In this document: positions 1-8,947 of the stretch, one piece after another
Layout: the number at the start of each line of letters is the position of its first letter
Numbering within the stretch: the first letter of the stretch is position 1
Source of the DNA: an uncultured delta proteobacterium
Lineage (GTDB): Bacteria > Desulfobacterota > Binatia > Binatales > Binataceae
NCBI GenBank assembly: GCA_963711565.1
Contig: CAVQEQ010000003.1
Coordinates: 1,344,001 to 1,408,000, forward strand
Length of the DNA: 64,000 nucleotides
Reading direction: 5' to 3'
Program-made: the position numbers and the translations under genes
The notes under the pieces: generated by a model
Told to the model about the DNA's origin: nothing
Databases searched by the model: none
The model's input: the letters and a program-made list of their open reading frames with translations, nothing else

Positions 1-457
1 GTTCCGCTTTATGCAGCGCGAGACCAAGGACGAGCTGCTCAAGGAGCTGCTCGAGTACATCATGAAAGATGAGGCGCGCCACGTCGGCTTCGGCATGCTC
101 GCGCTGCGCGACGCCGTGACCAAGCTCAAGGGCAAGGACAAGAAGGACCTCGAGGACTTCGCCTTCGCCGCGTGCGACATGATGGTGACGAAAGTCGTTG
201 ACGGCGTGCCCAAGGACGGCTTCCTGTCGGGCGCGTCGGTGTTCGAGGAAGTGGGCATCTCGATGAAGGACATCGAGGAAGAGATGCATCGCAATCCGGC
301 GTGGGCGGCGGCGGAGAACGACATGGAGAAGCAGTTCAACTCGTTCCTGTTCGTCGATACGATCATCCCGTGCCTGCGGCAGATCGATCTGATCAACGAC
401 CGCACCGAGTCGTGGTACCAGCAGCTCGGCGTGATGCAGATGGCTTCGGCGGCATAG
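1..457 (+). CDS. Ferritin-like diiron protein (AurF/oxygenase-like), 5'-truncated by the window edge
   Basis: DEARH (ExxH) diiron motif in a helical protein; frame open to the window start. Confidence 0.6.
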   Translation, partial: FRFMQRETKDELLKELLEYIMKDEARHVGFGMLALRDAVTKLKGKDKKDLEDFAFAACDMMVTKVVDGVPKDGFLSGASVFEEVGISMKDIEEEMHRNPAWAAAENDMEKQFNSFLFVDTIIPCLRQIDLINDRTESWYQQLGVMQMASAA

Positions 458-484
458 CTCGCGATTAGCACAGCCAGAATGATG

Positions 485-515
485 AAGGGCCGGTCGTCAA
501 CGACCGGCCCTTTTT
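485..515 (+). terminator. Rho-independent terminator
   Basis: AAGGGCCGGTCGT-CA-ACGACCGGCCCTT stem running into a T-tract, just downstream of the stop. Confidence 0.85.
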
Positions 516-632
516 GTTTTCTAGCGGGTCGCGCGAAAGGTTGGTTCGCGTTTATTGATTTGCTGTTGTCGAATTGACATTTTGTTTATAGCAGAAGATG
601 ACCGGAATAAATTGCAGCGAAGACCAGGGGGC

Positions 633-654
633 GACAGAATAAATTCCGTCCTGC
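633..654 (-). repeat. REP copy (GCAG variant) left of the RAYT
   Basis: Minus strand reads GCAGGACGGAATTTATTCTGTC, 2 mismatches from the copy at 1117-1138. Confidence 0.75.
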
Positions 655-655
655 T

Positions 656-1120
656 ATGAATCCGTGGAAATCGCCTGAGTTGAGTTTCCGCAGAAGGCAC
701 CTGCCGCACCTCGAAGTGCCGAACGCCACTTATTTCGTCAGTTTCACTTGTCAATATAGACGCGAGCTGCCGGCCGAAGCGCGGGACCTCCTAATGGCTG
801 AGATTCGATCGTTGGACAAAGACACCATCGACCTGGATGCTGCGGTGGTAATGCCCGATCATGCGCATGCGATTTTCCGAGTGATCGGGACGCTCACCCT
901 CACCCAGGTTCTGAAAGGCATCAAAGGCCGCAGCGCTCACCGGATCAATGAGATCACAGAACGGCAGGGCCAAGTCTGGGCACAGGAAACCTTCGATCAC
1001 ATTGTAAGGAGTGAAGCCGATTGGCAAGAGAAAATTGAATACGTTCGCCAGAATCCAGTTAAATGGGGATTAGTGTCATCTCCAGAGGAGTACAACTGGC
1101 TGTATGTTCGTATCAAGTAG
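656..1120 (+). mobile_element. REP-associated tyrosine transposase (RAYT, Y1 HUH, IS200-like fold)
   Basis: LPHL..ATYFVSFT, VVMPDHAH (HUH), W..ETFDHIVR, YVRQNPVKWGL (catalytic Tyr plus NP); flanked by inverted REPs. Confidence 0.88.
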
Positions 1121-1138
1121 GACGGAATTTATTCCGTC
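1117..1138 (+). repeat. GTAG-type REP right of the RAYT
   Basis: GTAG + GACGGAAT-TT-ATTCCGTC perfect hairpin; the TAG is the RAYT stop codon. Confidence 0.85.
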
Positions 1139-1160
1139 GGAGGCAGTAGAGAGGAGCGAG

Positions 1161-1664
1161 CTACTTCCGGAATTTCGCGAGCGCTGGGCCACTTAGCTTG
1201 TAATTCGGCTCGCCGAATTCTTCGTCAACGCCGCCGGTCGGCTCGAAGCCCAGGCTCGTGTACAAAGCGGCGGCGTTGGTGTTGGTGCGGAAGCAGGTTA
1301 GCTGGACGGCTTGGCATCGGGGATAGCGGGCGGCGATCATTTTGAGCACCTTGACCATCGCGGCGCGGCCGTAACCTTTGCCCTGATGCTCCGCGGCGAT
1401 CATGATGTCGTCGATCCAGTAGTTCTCGGGGCTGTTCGGATCGCAAACCGTTGTCGCGTAGCCGACTATCTCGTCGCCGGCGCGGATCAGATGCGGCAGA
1501 TGCTCGAAGTTGTCGCCGAACAGACGCACGTAGCATCGCGCGAGCGTCCATCGCGGCGGCGTGACGTAAGTGTGCTGCTCGGGCCGAAGCTCCATCCTGA
1601 ACAGCTTGCGAAAATTGTTCCGATCGATCGGCTCGAGAACTATTTCGTGATCGGTCTTCTTCAT
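1161..1664 (-). CDS. GNAT family N-acetyltransferase
   Basis: EHQGKGYG acetyl-CoA motif and N..A..LYTSLGF. Confidence 0.85.
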   Translation of the reverse strand: MKKTDHEIVLEPIDRNNFRKLFRMELRPEQHTYVTPPRWTLARCYVRLFGDNFEHLPHLIRAGDEIVGYATTVCDPNSPENYWIDDIMIAAEHQGKGYGRAAMVKVLKMIAARYPRCQAVQLTCFRTNTNAAALYTSLGFEPTGGVDEEFGEPNYKLSGPALAKFRK

Positions 1665-3268
1665 GATTGCACGTGCAGAAAAATGTCGCGGGCGTGCTCG
1701 TCGCTGATGCGCTTGACTGACGTGATTCGATCGGCGAATTGCGCCAGCGACAACGTCTCCGCCGAGCCCACGTCAACCAGCACTGCGAAGATCGAAAAGT
1801 CCAGCTCGTCTTTGCGCCCACGTAAACGCGCCAGCCAATCCGGACTGACCTGCGACTCGCCGTCGGTGATAATCACGATGTCGCCGCGCTTGAGTTTCTT
1901 TTCGCCGAGCAGTTCGACCGCAGCGTCGATTGGACTCTCGAAGTCGGTGCCGCCGCCGGGAAAGTACTCGGCCATCTCGACGACCTTGTTCAGGTCCGGC
2001 GCGTAGCGCCGCTCGCGATTCAGGTCGAGCACCTTGAGGCTCACGTCGCCCGACGAAAACATGACGGCGCGAAACAGCCGGCGCTGGCGGCGCGCGATAT
2101 CCATCAGCGTCAGCGCGACCGCCTTCGACCACATCTCCTTGTCGCCCTGCATCGAGGAGCTCACGTCGATACACACGACCATCGGCCCTTTGCCCTTCTG
2201 CTCGTCGTCGCGCAGGCGGTACTGAAGTACGGTGCCTTCGAGCACGCGGCGATGGAAGTCGCGCTTGAGCACGGGATGATGCATCGCGAGCAGCTCGGCG
2301 GGAATCAGGCGTCCGAGCTCGGCGCCGAGCTCGATGTCGTAAGCCTCGGCGACGCCGCGTTCGAGCGTTTTGCGCTTGAGAGCGCGCGCGTCCTGCTTAA
2401 ACCGCCCGACCATCCGCGCCAGCTCGCCGAGTTTCTTGTTGCGCGCGAGGCGCCGCCCGAGTTCGAGGCGCGCACCGGCCGCGACGCGTCCGCCTTGTCC
2501 GAATTCGCGGCTGAAGTCATGACTGTCCTCGGCTGCCTGATCGATTTCCGCGGCCAGCTCGCCGGTCCTGAGCTGCATGCGTTTGAGGGCGGTCTGATCG
2601 GCGCCCTTGAGTTGAGTCTCGAACTGCCGCGACTTCTGATTGAGCCGCGCTTCGGACACTTTGGCCGCGCGCTCGGCCGCGTCGGCCATCTCGGTCAGCT
2701 CTTTCTTAGTCGCCTGATCTTTTCCTTCGCCCGATTCATCCTCGCCCTGTTGCGATTCCTGCATCTCGTTGACGGCTTTCACTGCTTCGGCGCGCGCTTC
2801 GAGATCCTGCTCCTGCCGCGCGAGGTTCCACAGATCGAGCATCTCGTTGCGATTGATCAGCTTTTCGGACTTCATCATCTCGAGCGCATGCTCGCTCATC
2901 ACGATCGCGGCAATCGCGGCCTTGTCTTCTTCGAGGGCGGTGCGCGAGCGCAGCGCCTGGAACGGCGCCGACGGGACGATTTGCTCGAGGATCGTGCGGT
3001 TGAGCGCGGCCGCGAGGCGCACGTCGCCGGATTTGCGCATCACAGGGTTCATCTTGAACAGCGCCAGGAACATGTCCTGCACCAGCGCGCCGAAATGGGG
3101 CACCAGCCGCTCGCCCGATTCGGCGAGGTCGGCGATCGACGGCGCGTCGGCGACGATTTCATTCCAAGTGCGCCGATCGTAGCTGTCGCTCTCGAACCAC
3201 GACGCGTTGGCAGGCACGACCGGCACGTACATGCGTCGCGGCTTGACGATTTTGGCTTTGCGCGCCAT
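1661..3268 (-). CDS. VWA (MIDAS) domain protein, ViaA/CoxE-like
   Basis: CIDVSSSM (DxSxS), GGTDF and IITDG; helical/coiled-coil N-terminus; overlaps the GNAT start by 4 nt. Confidence 0.8.
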   Translation of the reverse strand: MARKAKIVKPRRMYVPVVPANASWFESDSYDRRTWNEIVADAPSIADLAESGERLVPHFGALVQDMFLALFKMNPVMRKSGDVRLAAALNRTILEQIVPSAPFQALRSRTALEEDKAAIAAIVMSEHALEMMKSEKLINRNEMLDLWNLARQEQDLEARAEAVKAVNEMQESQQGEDESGEGKDQATKKELTEMADAAERAAKVSEARLNQKSRQFETQLKGADQTALKRMQLRTGELAAEIDQAAEDSHDFSREFGQGGRVAAGARLELGRRLARNKKLGELARMVGRFKQDARALKRKTLERGVAEAYDIELGAELGRLIPAELLAMHHPVLKRDFHRRVLEGTVLQYRLRDDEQKGKGPMVVCIDVSSSMQGDKEMWSKAVALTLMDIARRQRRLFRAVMFSSGDVSLKVLDLNRERRYAPDLNKVVEMAEYFPGGGTDFESPIDAAVELLGEKKLKRGDIVIITDGESQVSPDWLARLRGRKDELDFSIFAVLVDVGSAETLSLAQFADRITSVKRISDEHARDIFLHVQS

Positions 3269-3392
3269 CGGGATCGATCCTACGTCAGTAAAAACCCGCT
3301 CGCCATCGCCATTGCGTCACGATGGTCCTTGAATGTATCGCTGTATCGGTAACAGAATTGTAACAAGGGTGCGCACGCGACCCGCCAACTAG

Positions 3393-4430
3393 ATGACGCA
3401 GGAATCGAACACGCTCTCGAACCGCCAGCACGCGCTGGTCCTCGCGGCCGTGCAGGAATTCATCTCGACTGCCGAGCCGGTGGGATCGGCGCAGATCGTC
3501 GCGCGCCATCAGCTTGGCGTGCGCGCCGCGATGGTCCGCAACATGATGGCCGAGCTCGAGGACGGCGGTTACCTGCGCCAGCCGCATACGTCGGCCGGCC
3601 GCGTGCCGACCGAGAAGGCGTTTCGCTACTATGTCGATCATCTGGCCGCGGCGACGCGAATCGGCTTCGAGGATCGCGCGCAGATTGAGCTCCACTACTC
3701 AAACGCCGTGCGCAACCTCGGCGAAGTCCTGCGCGACACGCCGCGCCTGCTTTCGATTCTGACTGGGCAAGCGGCGCTGGTGATGGCGCCGCGGCTGGAA
3801 ACCTCGATCCTCGAGCGCGTCAATTTCGTGCGCCTGCGCGACAACCAGGTACTGGCGGTTTTCGTCGCGTCGAAAGGCGCGATGCAGAATCGAATCGTCG
3901 ATACCGAGCGCGACCATTCGCAGGACGAGCTCGATCGCATGGCGCGCTACCTCAACGAGTCGCTCGAAGGACGCACGCTCGACGAGGCGCGCCGGTGGAT
4001 CGAGGCGCAACTGCGCGAGGAGCGCGCCAACTACGATCGTTTCATGCACGACGCGCTGGCGCTCGGCGAGGCGCTGGCTGATTACGTCGGGCGTGCGGAG
4101 TTGTACGTTGAGGGCAGCCTGCAGGCGCTCGAGCAGCCGGAGTTTTCGGATCGCGGCAAAATGCGCGAGCTGCTGCGCGCGCTCGACGACAAAACCGCGC
4201 TGCTCGAACTGCTCGAGCGCAGCCTGACTAACGCCGGCCTGACCGTGTCGATCGGCTCGGAGAACTACGACCCGCGCCTGTCGTCGTTGAGCGTGGTCGC
4301 TGCGTCGTACGCCAGCGGCTCGAGCGCGCTGGGCAGCCTCGCGATAGTCGGTCCGGTGCGGATGGACTACGACCGCGTCATCCCTCTCGTCGAGTACACG
4401 GCGCGCGCCTTGTCGCGGCTGATGGATTGA
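3393..4430 (+). CDS. hrcA: Heat-inducible transcription repressor HrcA
   Basis: EPVGS, VRNMMAELE.GYL.QPHTSAGRVPTEK, IVGPVRMDY; 345 aa. Confidence 0.95.
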   Translation: MTQESNTLSNRQHALVLAAVQEFISTAEPVGSAQIVARHQLGVRAAMVRNMMAELEDGGYLRQPHTSAGRVPTEKAFRYYVDHLAAATRIGFEDRAQIELHYSNAVRNLGEVLRDTPRLLSILTGQAALVMAPRLETSILERVNFVRLRDNQVLAVFVASKGAMQNRIVDTERDHSQDELDRMARYLNESLEGRTLDEARRWIEAQLREERANYDRFMHDALALGEALADYVGRAELYVEGSLQALEQPEFSDRGKMRELLRALDDKTALLELLERSLTNAGLTVSIGSENYDPRLSSLSVVAASYASGSSALGSLAIVGPVRMDYDRVIPLVEYTARALSRLMD

Positions 4431-4435
4431 CTCAA

Positions 4436-4501
4436 TTGAATGTGAAACCCGCGGTGGGTTTCACGCTTCCTTCGGCAGGGGTGACCCCTGCACCCAGTAT
4501 C
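4436..4501 (+). repeat. Two-hairpin dispersed repeat, copy 1
   Basis: GTGAAACCC-gcggt-GGGTTTCAC..GGCAGGGG-TGA-CCCCTGCACCCAGTATC. Confidence 0.85.
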
Positions 4502-4542
4502 AAGAAACTCATGCAGTCACGCCAGTTTTTTCGCTCTGAGCA

Positions 4543-4569
4543 TTAGCCATACTGACGTAACTGTGCTAA
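4543..4569. promoter_or_regulatory. Degenerate CIRCE-like inverted repeat
   Basis: TTAGCCATA-N9-CTGTGCTAA versus TTAGCACTC-N9-GAGTGCTAA (13/18 matches, exact spacing), directly downstream of hrcA. Confidence 0.3.
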
Positions 4570-4619
4570 ATAATTTATCTTAAGACTCCCGGCACCTGCG
4601 GCCATTCCGAGTTAGGGAG

Positions 4620-4847
4620 GTGGCTTTTATGGAACGGGTTGAAGTGGTTGGCGGCAATGTTTTCGTGATTCGGACGCGTCAGTTGAGTCCCGACTGGTGG
4701 TGCTGCGACCTTTACGAGCGAGTCGAAACGGACGCCGGCGTCGAGGCATTCGTGCTCGAGGATTTCGGCCAATCGGAAATCGAGGCAATCGGGATGGCGC
4801 TGAGCGACGCGCACGAGCCCAACCACGTCCAGCATCACCACCACTGA
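4620..4847 (+). CDS. Small hypothetical protein, 75 aa, with WWCC and a His-rich tail
   Basis: AGGGAG RBS-like sequence at the GTG/ATG start region; fills the intergenic gap. Confidence 0.65.
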   Translation: MAFMERVEVVGGNVFVIRTRQLSPDWWCCDLYERVETDAGVEAFVLEDFGQSEIEAIGMALSDAHEPNHVQHHHH

Positions 4848-4865
4848 TTCGCGCCGCGCCGAACT

Positions 4866-6551
4866 TCAAACTTTCCCTGCCGACGGCAATATTTTCTGCC
4901 GCTCGTAATCAGCAGTAACAGTCTCGATTGAGTCCGCCTGATCGGGCGACTTGTCGTCGCGGATGCGCACGATTCGCGCGAATCGCAGCGCCATCCCCGC
5001 GTCGTAATTCGGGCTGCGCTGGATATCATTATACGCGACCTCGACGACGACCTCCGGGCGCACTGTCACAACGCCGCGCGACTCGGCCGTCTTGAGCGCG
5101 AGCAGCCGTTCGGTGATCGCGCGGAATTGTTCGTCGCTGAGACCCTTGAACGTTTTGCCGAGCATCGCGAACCCGCCATTCTTCGGGTCGCGCGCGGCGA
5201 GATGGTAGTTCGACAGCCATCCGTGTCGGCGACCGTAACCCCACTCCGCCGCGACAATCACGAGGTCCAGCGTGTGCGTATGCTTTATCTTGAGCCATCC
5301 GCGGCCGCGCGCGCCGGGCGTGTACGCACTCGCGAGCGACTTCGCCATCACGCCTTCGTATCCGGCAGCGACGGCGTCGGCGTAAAATTTCTCGGCGTCG
5401 GCGAGATTCGGCTTGATGATGCGCTCGACGATTTCCAGGCCGGCCGATGACCGCAACTCCTCGAGCATGGAAATTCTATCCGCCCACGGGCGATCGATCG
5501 TAAGCGCGCCGTCGAGCGCGAGCACGTCGAACACATAGAGCTTCAACGGCTGTTCGGCGCGCGCTTTGTCAACGTCGCGCGTGCGTCCAAACCGGCGCAT
5601 CAGATCCTGAAATGCGGCCGGACGCCCCGACGCGTCAACGCCGATCACCTCGCCGTCGAGGATAGCGTGGCTGGCGCCGATTCGATTCACGAGCTCGACC
5701 ACGTCGGGGATGCTCTCGGTGATCTCGTTGAGCCGGCGCGAGAAGATTCGTACATCGCCGTCGGCCGCATGATGTATCTGCACGCGCGCACCGTCGAGTT
5801 TGTGCTCGAACGATAGTTCGGGGCCGAGCGTGGCGAATGCTTCCGCAACATCGGCGACCGGAAAGGCCAGCATCGGCTTGAGCGGCTTGACGGCGCGCGG
5901 ACTCGTCGCAGAGCCGGCAGCGGCGGACTTTTCCGCGCCGGGCGAGCGAATCATCCGCACCACGCGGCCGAGGTCGGCCTCGAGCATGTGAATCCGGCGC
6001 ACTTCGGTGACCGGCCGCGCGCCCATCCGAGCAATCGCCTCGAGCATCAGCCCTTCGCTGACGCCGTGGCGCATCTCGCCGATAAGAATCTTCGCGATGT
6101 ACTTACCTTCGAATGCCGACGCACGCGTGAACAGCTCGCGCAGCGCGTCGAGCTTGCGGTTACGCGCGTGGCGTCCCTCGATCGCGGCAATCTCGGTGAA
6201 TTTTTGGTTGAGCTCGCGAATCGTAAGCGTCGGCTCGGGATCGGCGGCGCGAAGCTTGAGCGTCATCTCGATCGCCTCGCCAAAATCTTCGGCGGCGGTG
6301 AAGATGTCCTCGCCCTGGTCGGCGCTGTCGGTCATCTCGGCAACGATTTTCCAGACTGCGCGACCGCTAATCTGGAGGCGCTTTTCCTCGCCCTGCTCGA
6401 CCGCGCGGCCGACCATGAAGCGCGCCGCGATTCCAGCTTCGTCAACGTCGAGCGCGGCGAGGAACGTGCCGACCGTCTCGGCCATCTGCACCCGGCTCTG
6501 AGTCTGGCTGAGCGACTGGCAGACGACCGCGAAATCGTAAAACGAAGGCAC
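4866..6551 (-). CDS. ATP-dependent DNA ligase (LigB/archaeal-type)
   Basis: EHKLDGAR (KxDG), ILDGEV, YVFDVL, EGVMAK, WLKIK, LRFARIVRIRDDK; start uncertain (GTG at 6551). Confidence 0.92.
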   Translation of the reverse strand: MPSFYDFAVVCQSLSQTQSRVQMAETVGTFLAALDVDEAGIAARFMVGRAVEQGEEKRLQISGRAVWKIVAEMTDSADQGEDIFTAAEDFGEAIEMTLKLRAADPEPTLTIRELNQKFTEIAAIEGRHARNRKLDALRELFTRASAFEGKYIAKILIGEMRHGVSEGLMLEAIARMGARPVTEVRRIHMLEADLGRVVRMIRSPGAEKSAAAGSATSPRAVKPLKPMLAFPVADVAEAFATLGPELSFEHKLDGARVQIHHAADGDVRIFSRRLNEITESIPDVVELVNRIGASHAILDGEVIGVDASGRPAAFQDLMRRFGRTRDVDKARAEQPLKLYVFDVLALDGALTIDRPWADRISMLEELRSSAGLEIVERIIKPNLADAEKFYADAVAAGYEGVMAKSLASAYTPGARGRGWLKIKHTHTLDLVIVAAEWGYGRRHGWLSNYHLAARDPKNGGFAMLGKTFKGLSDEQFRAITERLLALKTAESRGVVTVRPEVVVEVAYNDIQRSPNYDAGMALRFARIVRIRDDKSPDQADSIETVTADYERQKILPSAGKV

Positions 6552-6663
6552 GTACGAGATTAATCCCGCCCGCCCCGCGTTGCGCAAGCGGCCGCGTAGC
6601 GTTCTTCAGGAACCAACATCGCAACGATGCCGGGAGGCGACAGGGCCTACGGTGATCTCCTCC

Positions 6664-8172
6664 TTAGAAGAAGGACGCCTGTCGAGAGTGGTGAGGCGCG
6701 GCGGCGACAAATTGCTCATAGTCCTGTTCACGTCCGAGCATAGCCGCAAGCTTGTGGAGACTAAGGCGATGTAGAACTTCGACCGTAATAGGACGCTTCT
6801 CATCCCAATGAATCATGGAATGAAGAAATCCTTGCGCCGGTTCAGAGTGAAGCAAGGCTTCGACAAAGCAGGCTTCTTCTTCCGACCAGCACGGCAGGAA
6901 GTAAATAGTGTCGTCGAAGACAACAGGACGGCCTCTGACTGGGCCAACCTTCACGAAGCAGAGCTTCTTGTAGAAGCCGGAGATAGCGATTTTCCACGGT
7001 GCGAAAGTGTAGGGTCCGACCCCAAAAACCGAGAAGGCAGGCTTGTTCTTATAGATGGAACTTCCGCGCTTATGGAGTAGCGCAGCATGCCGTTTGAGAT
7101 AATTCCATGTTTCTGGCGCCTTCATCCGAATATGGCTGGTATCGTCGCCGACGCGCTCTTGAGTAACCACCATCACGCGCCGACATCTGATCCGGCCGTT
7201 GCCTATGTCAGAGCTTTTCAGCATCGGGAATAAGATGGCATCTTCGAGCGCCACAGTTTCACCCAGACCGTTTTGATAGCCCTGAGAGATTGTGTTGGTG
7301 AGCTCCATAACCTTGGAGCAGTCATGCTTGATACCGGAACGCCAGACATAGCGATTTTCCGGCCCGAGAAGGTCACGGTACTTCTTGAACGCCGCAACAT
7401 CAGAGATGATCTGGCCATCGAGGAAGCCGATTGTGCGCGAGCAGGCTTCAGACTCGAGGGTATCAAAAATGTCGCAGCTGAGAGTTTGGGCCTTGGGTTC
7501 GATTTCAAGGACGAAAAAGCACGCATCGACTGCCGCTCCGAAATGCTCAAGGGCATCAATCTCATAGATCCGGGCAGAGCGGAGCGAGTCCCCACCCTTT
7601 CCCCATACGTGCAGCAGTATCTTGCGAGCGACCGCCGTTTTGCAGAGCACCGCAATCGCACCAGCTTTGCCTTCCAGCCAATCCAGGTAGCGAAGGATCA
7701 TCCACTCGGAGATGTCGAAGTTACTCTTTCCAGTTATAGCCTCGATTCCTTGTCGCCCCTGGAAGTTGGACTTTGCCGGCAGATTGTCGCTTTCGATAGC
7801 GCTCAGATTTGAATTCGTGACCCAAGGTGGATTGCCGACGATGAGCCAAGGCTCCCCAACCTCGGTGACGACGCTCGTCCAATCAACCTTGAAAAAGTTC
7901 CCATGCCTCATCTCGACGCCGCGTCCATTTGTAGCCACATTGGAGGCGATATACTCACGATTGATGTCGATGCCAATGATCGATTGGGCATCGGGGAAGA
8001 TGGCAGTGGCGGCGGCGATGAACGCTCCTCGCCCACAGGTCGGCTCCAGGATCGAACGCGGTCGAATGCCCAGGTGGTGGAGGACCCGAGTAGCGGCTAG
8101 CGCGAGCGCTGGAGGCGTCTGGAAGTCCCCGAACTCCGTGACAGCCCTGCTTTTGCGTTCTTTGACCGCCAT
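6664..8172 (-). CDS. Amino (N6A/N4C) DNA methyltransferase, gamma-type, NspV-like
   Basis: GDFQTP, LEPTCGRG (motif I), GNPPW (motif IV); ATG at 8172 overlaps the upstream TGA. Confidence 0.88.
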   Translation of the reverse strand: MAVKERKSRAVTEFGDFQTPPALALAATRVLHHLGIRPRSILEPTCGRGAFIAAATAIFPDAQSIIGIDINREYIASNVATNGRGVEMRHGNFFKVDWTSVVTEVGEPWLIVGNPPWVTNSNLSAIESDNLPAKSNFQGRQGIEAITGKSNFDISEWMILRYLDWLEGKAGAIAVLCKTAVARKILLHVWGKGGDSLRSARIYEIDALEHFGAAVDACFFVLEIEPKAQTLSCDIFDTLESEACSRTIGFLDGQIISDVAAFKKYRDLLGPENRYVWRSGIKHDCSKVMELTNTISQGYQNGLGETVALEDAILFPMLKSSDIGNGRIRCRRVMVVTQERVGDDTSHIRMKAPETWNYLKRHAALLHKRGSSIYKNKPAFSVFGVGPYTFAPWKIAISGFYKKLCFVKVGPVRGRPVVFDDTIYFLPCWSEEEACFVEALLHSEPAQGFLHSMIHWDEKRPITVEVLHRLSLHKLAAMLGREQDYEQFVAAAPHHSRQASFF

Positions 8173-8825
8173 CACGTAATCCGCTTGATACCAGAAACCG
8201 TCCCCGCCTTCTGGATCGCACGGCCATACTGAAGCCGCCACTGATAGGCGTTCGAGATGGTCATGTAACCCTGCTCAGGTTTCTCACGGAGGAGCTGGTC
8301 CGCTATCTTTCCGGCTTCGATGTCGTCGATGAGAAGATTCTTGTCCAGCATGAACGCAATCAAGTCTTCCGCATTCCCGTCACGCTCGATGATCTCGCGC
8401 AATCCGCGCGTCATCTGGTAGTCGCCGGTGCGCTCTTTTTCGATGAAGATCGTGTGCCGAATGTTGAGTCGTGCGGTTTTACGCGCACGATTGTCAGACT
8501 TCTCGTAAACAAAGACAATCAGGTTATACCCGAGGCCGTATATCTTCTGCCGCGGATCCTTGAAGGGGCTGGAAGACTGCGGCTGCTTGATGCTCGTCAC
8601 CTTAATATCGACATTGATGCTCGGAATATCTATCCCCGATGCTGAGTTGCCACCCACGAAGGAGTATTTGTCCATCAGGTGCGCGACGAACTTATGCTCA
8701 AGGTAGGTCCCTACTGTCTTTCCGTTATCGATCCCGAAAAGCGACGGCTCATTGTGGCTGCTCTCCGCCACTGCAAATAGGGCCGCTTCCGCAAGGAGGA
8801 TATCGATCGTCAAGGCGGTGTTCAT
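8172..8825 (-). CDS. Type II restriction endonuclease, NspV-like
   Basis: GIDIP...DIKVTS PD-(D/E)xK core, QPQSS.PF, ISNAYQWRLQY; translationally coupled to the MTase; family assignment from recall. Confidence 0.75.
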   Translation of the reverse strand: MNTALTIDILLAEAALFAVAESSHNEPSLFGIDNGKTVGTYLEHKFVAHLMDKYSFVGGNSASGIDIPSINVDIKVTSIKQPQSSSPFKDPRQKIYGLGYNLIVFVYEKSDNRARKTARLNIRHTIFIEKERTGDYQMTRGLREIIERDGNAEDLIAFMLDKNLLIDDIEAGKIADQLLREKPEQGYMTISNAYQWRLQYGRAIQKAGTVSGIKRIT

Positions 8826-8947
8826 CGCTGCCGCCGCTTATTTGCCGTTCATAATCGCTCAAGTCCGCCTGGGGACCTGTCTCTGTCCTGTCAGCAAAAG
8901 CATATTCTTGCCCCAATTTGGACACTACTAGCCGTGACGATCGATTG

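Noticed and set aside
598-615. Possible further REP remnant (GACCGGAATAAATTGC)
   Set aside because: Only a partial match with no intact hairpin or tetranucleotide.
6664-8241. ORF-track N-terminal extensions (MTase 8241, dacA 11212, GT-C 23829, nuoJ 48102, GT87 50903)
   Set aside because: They overlap neighbouring real genes; downstream starts with an RBS or translational coupling fit better.
6552-8947. Island boundaries or att sites around the R-M cassette
   Set aside because: No direct repeats, tRNA or integrase seen by eye.
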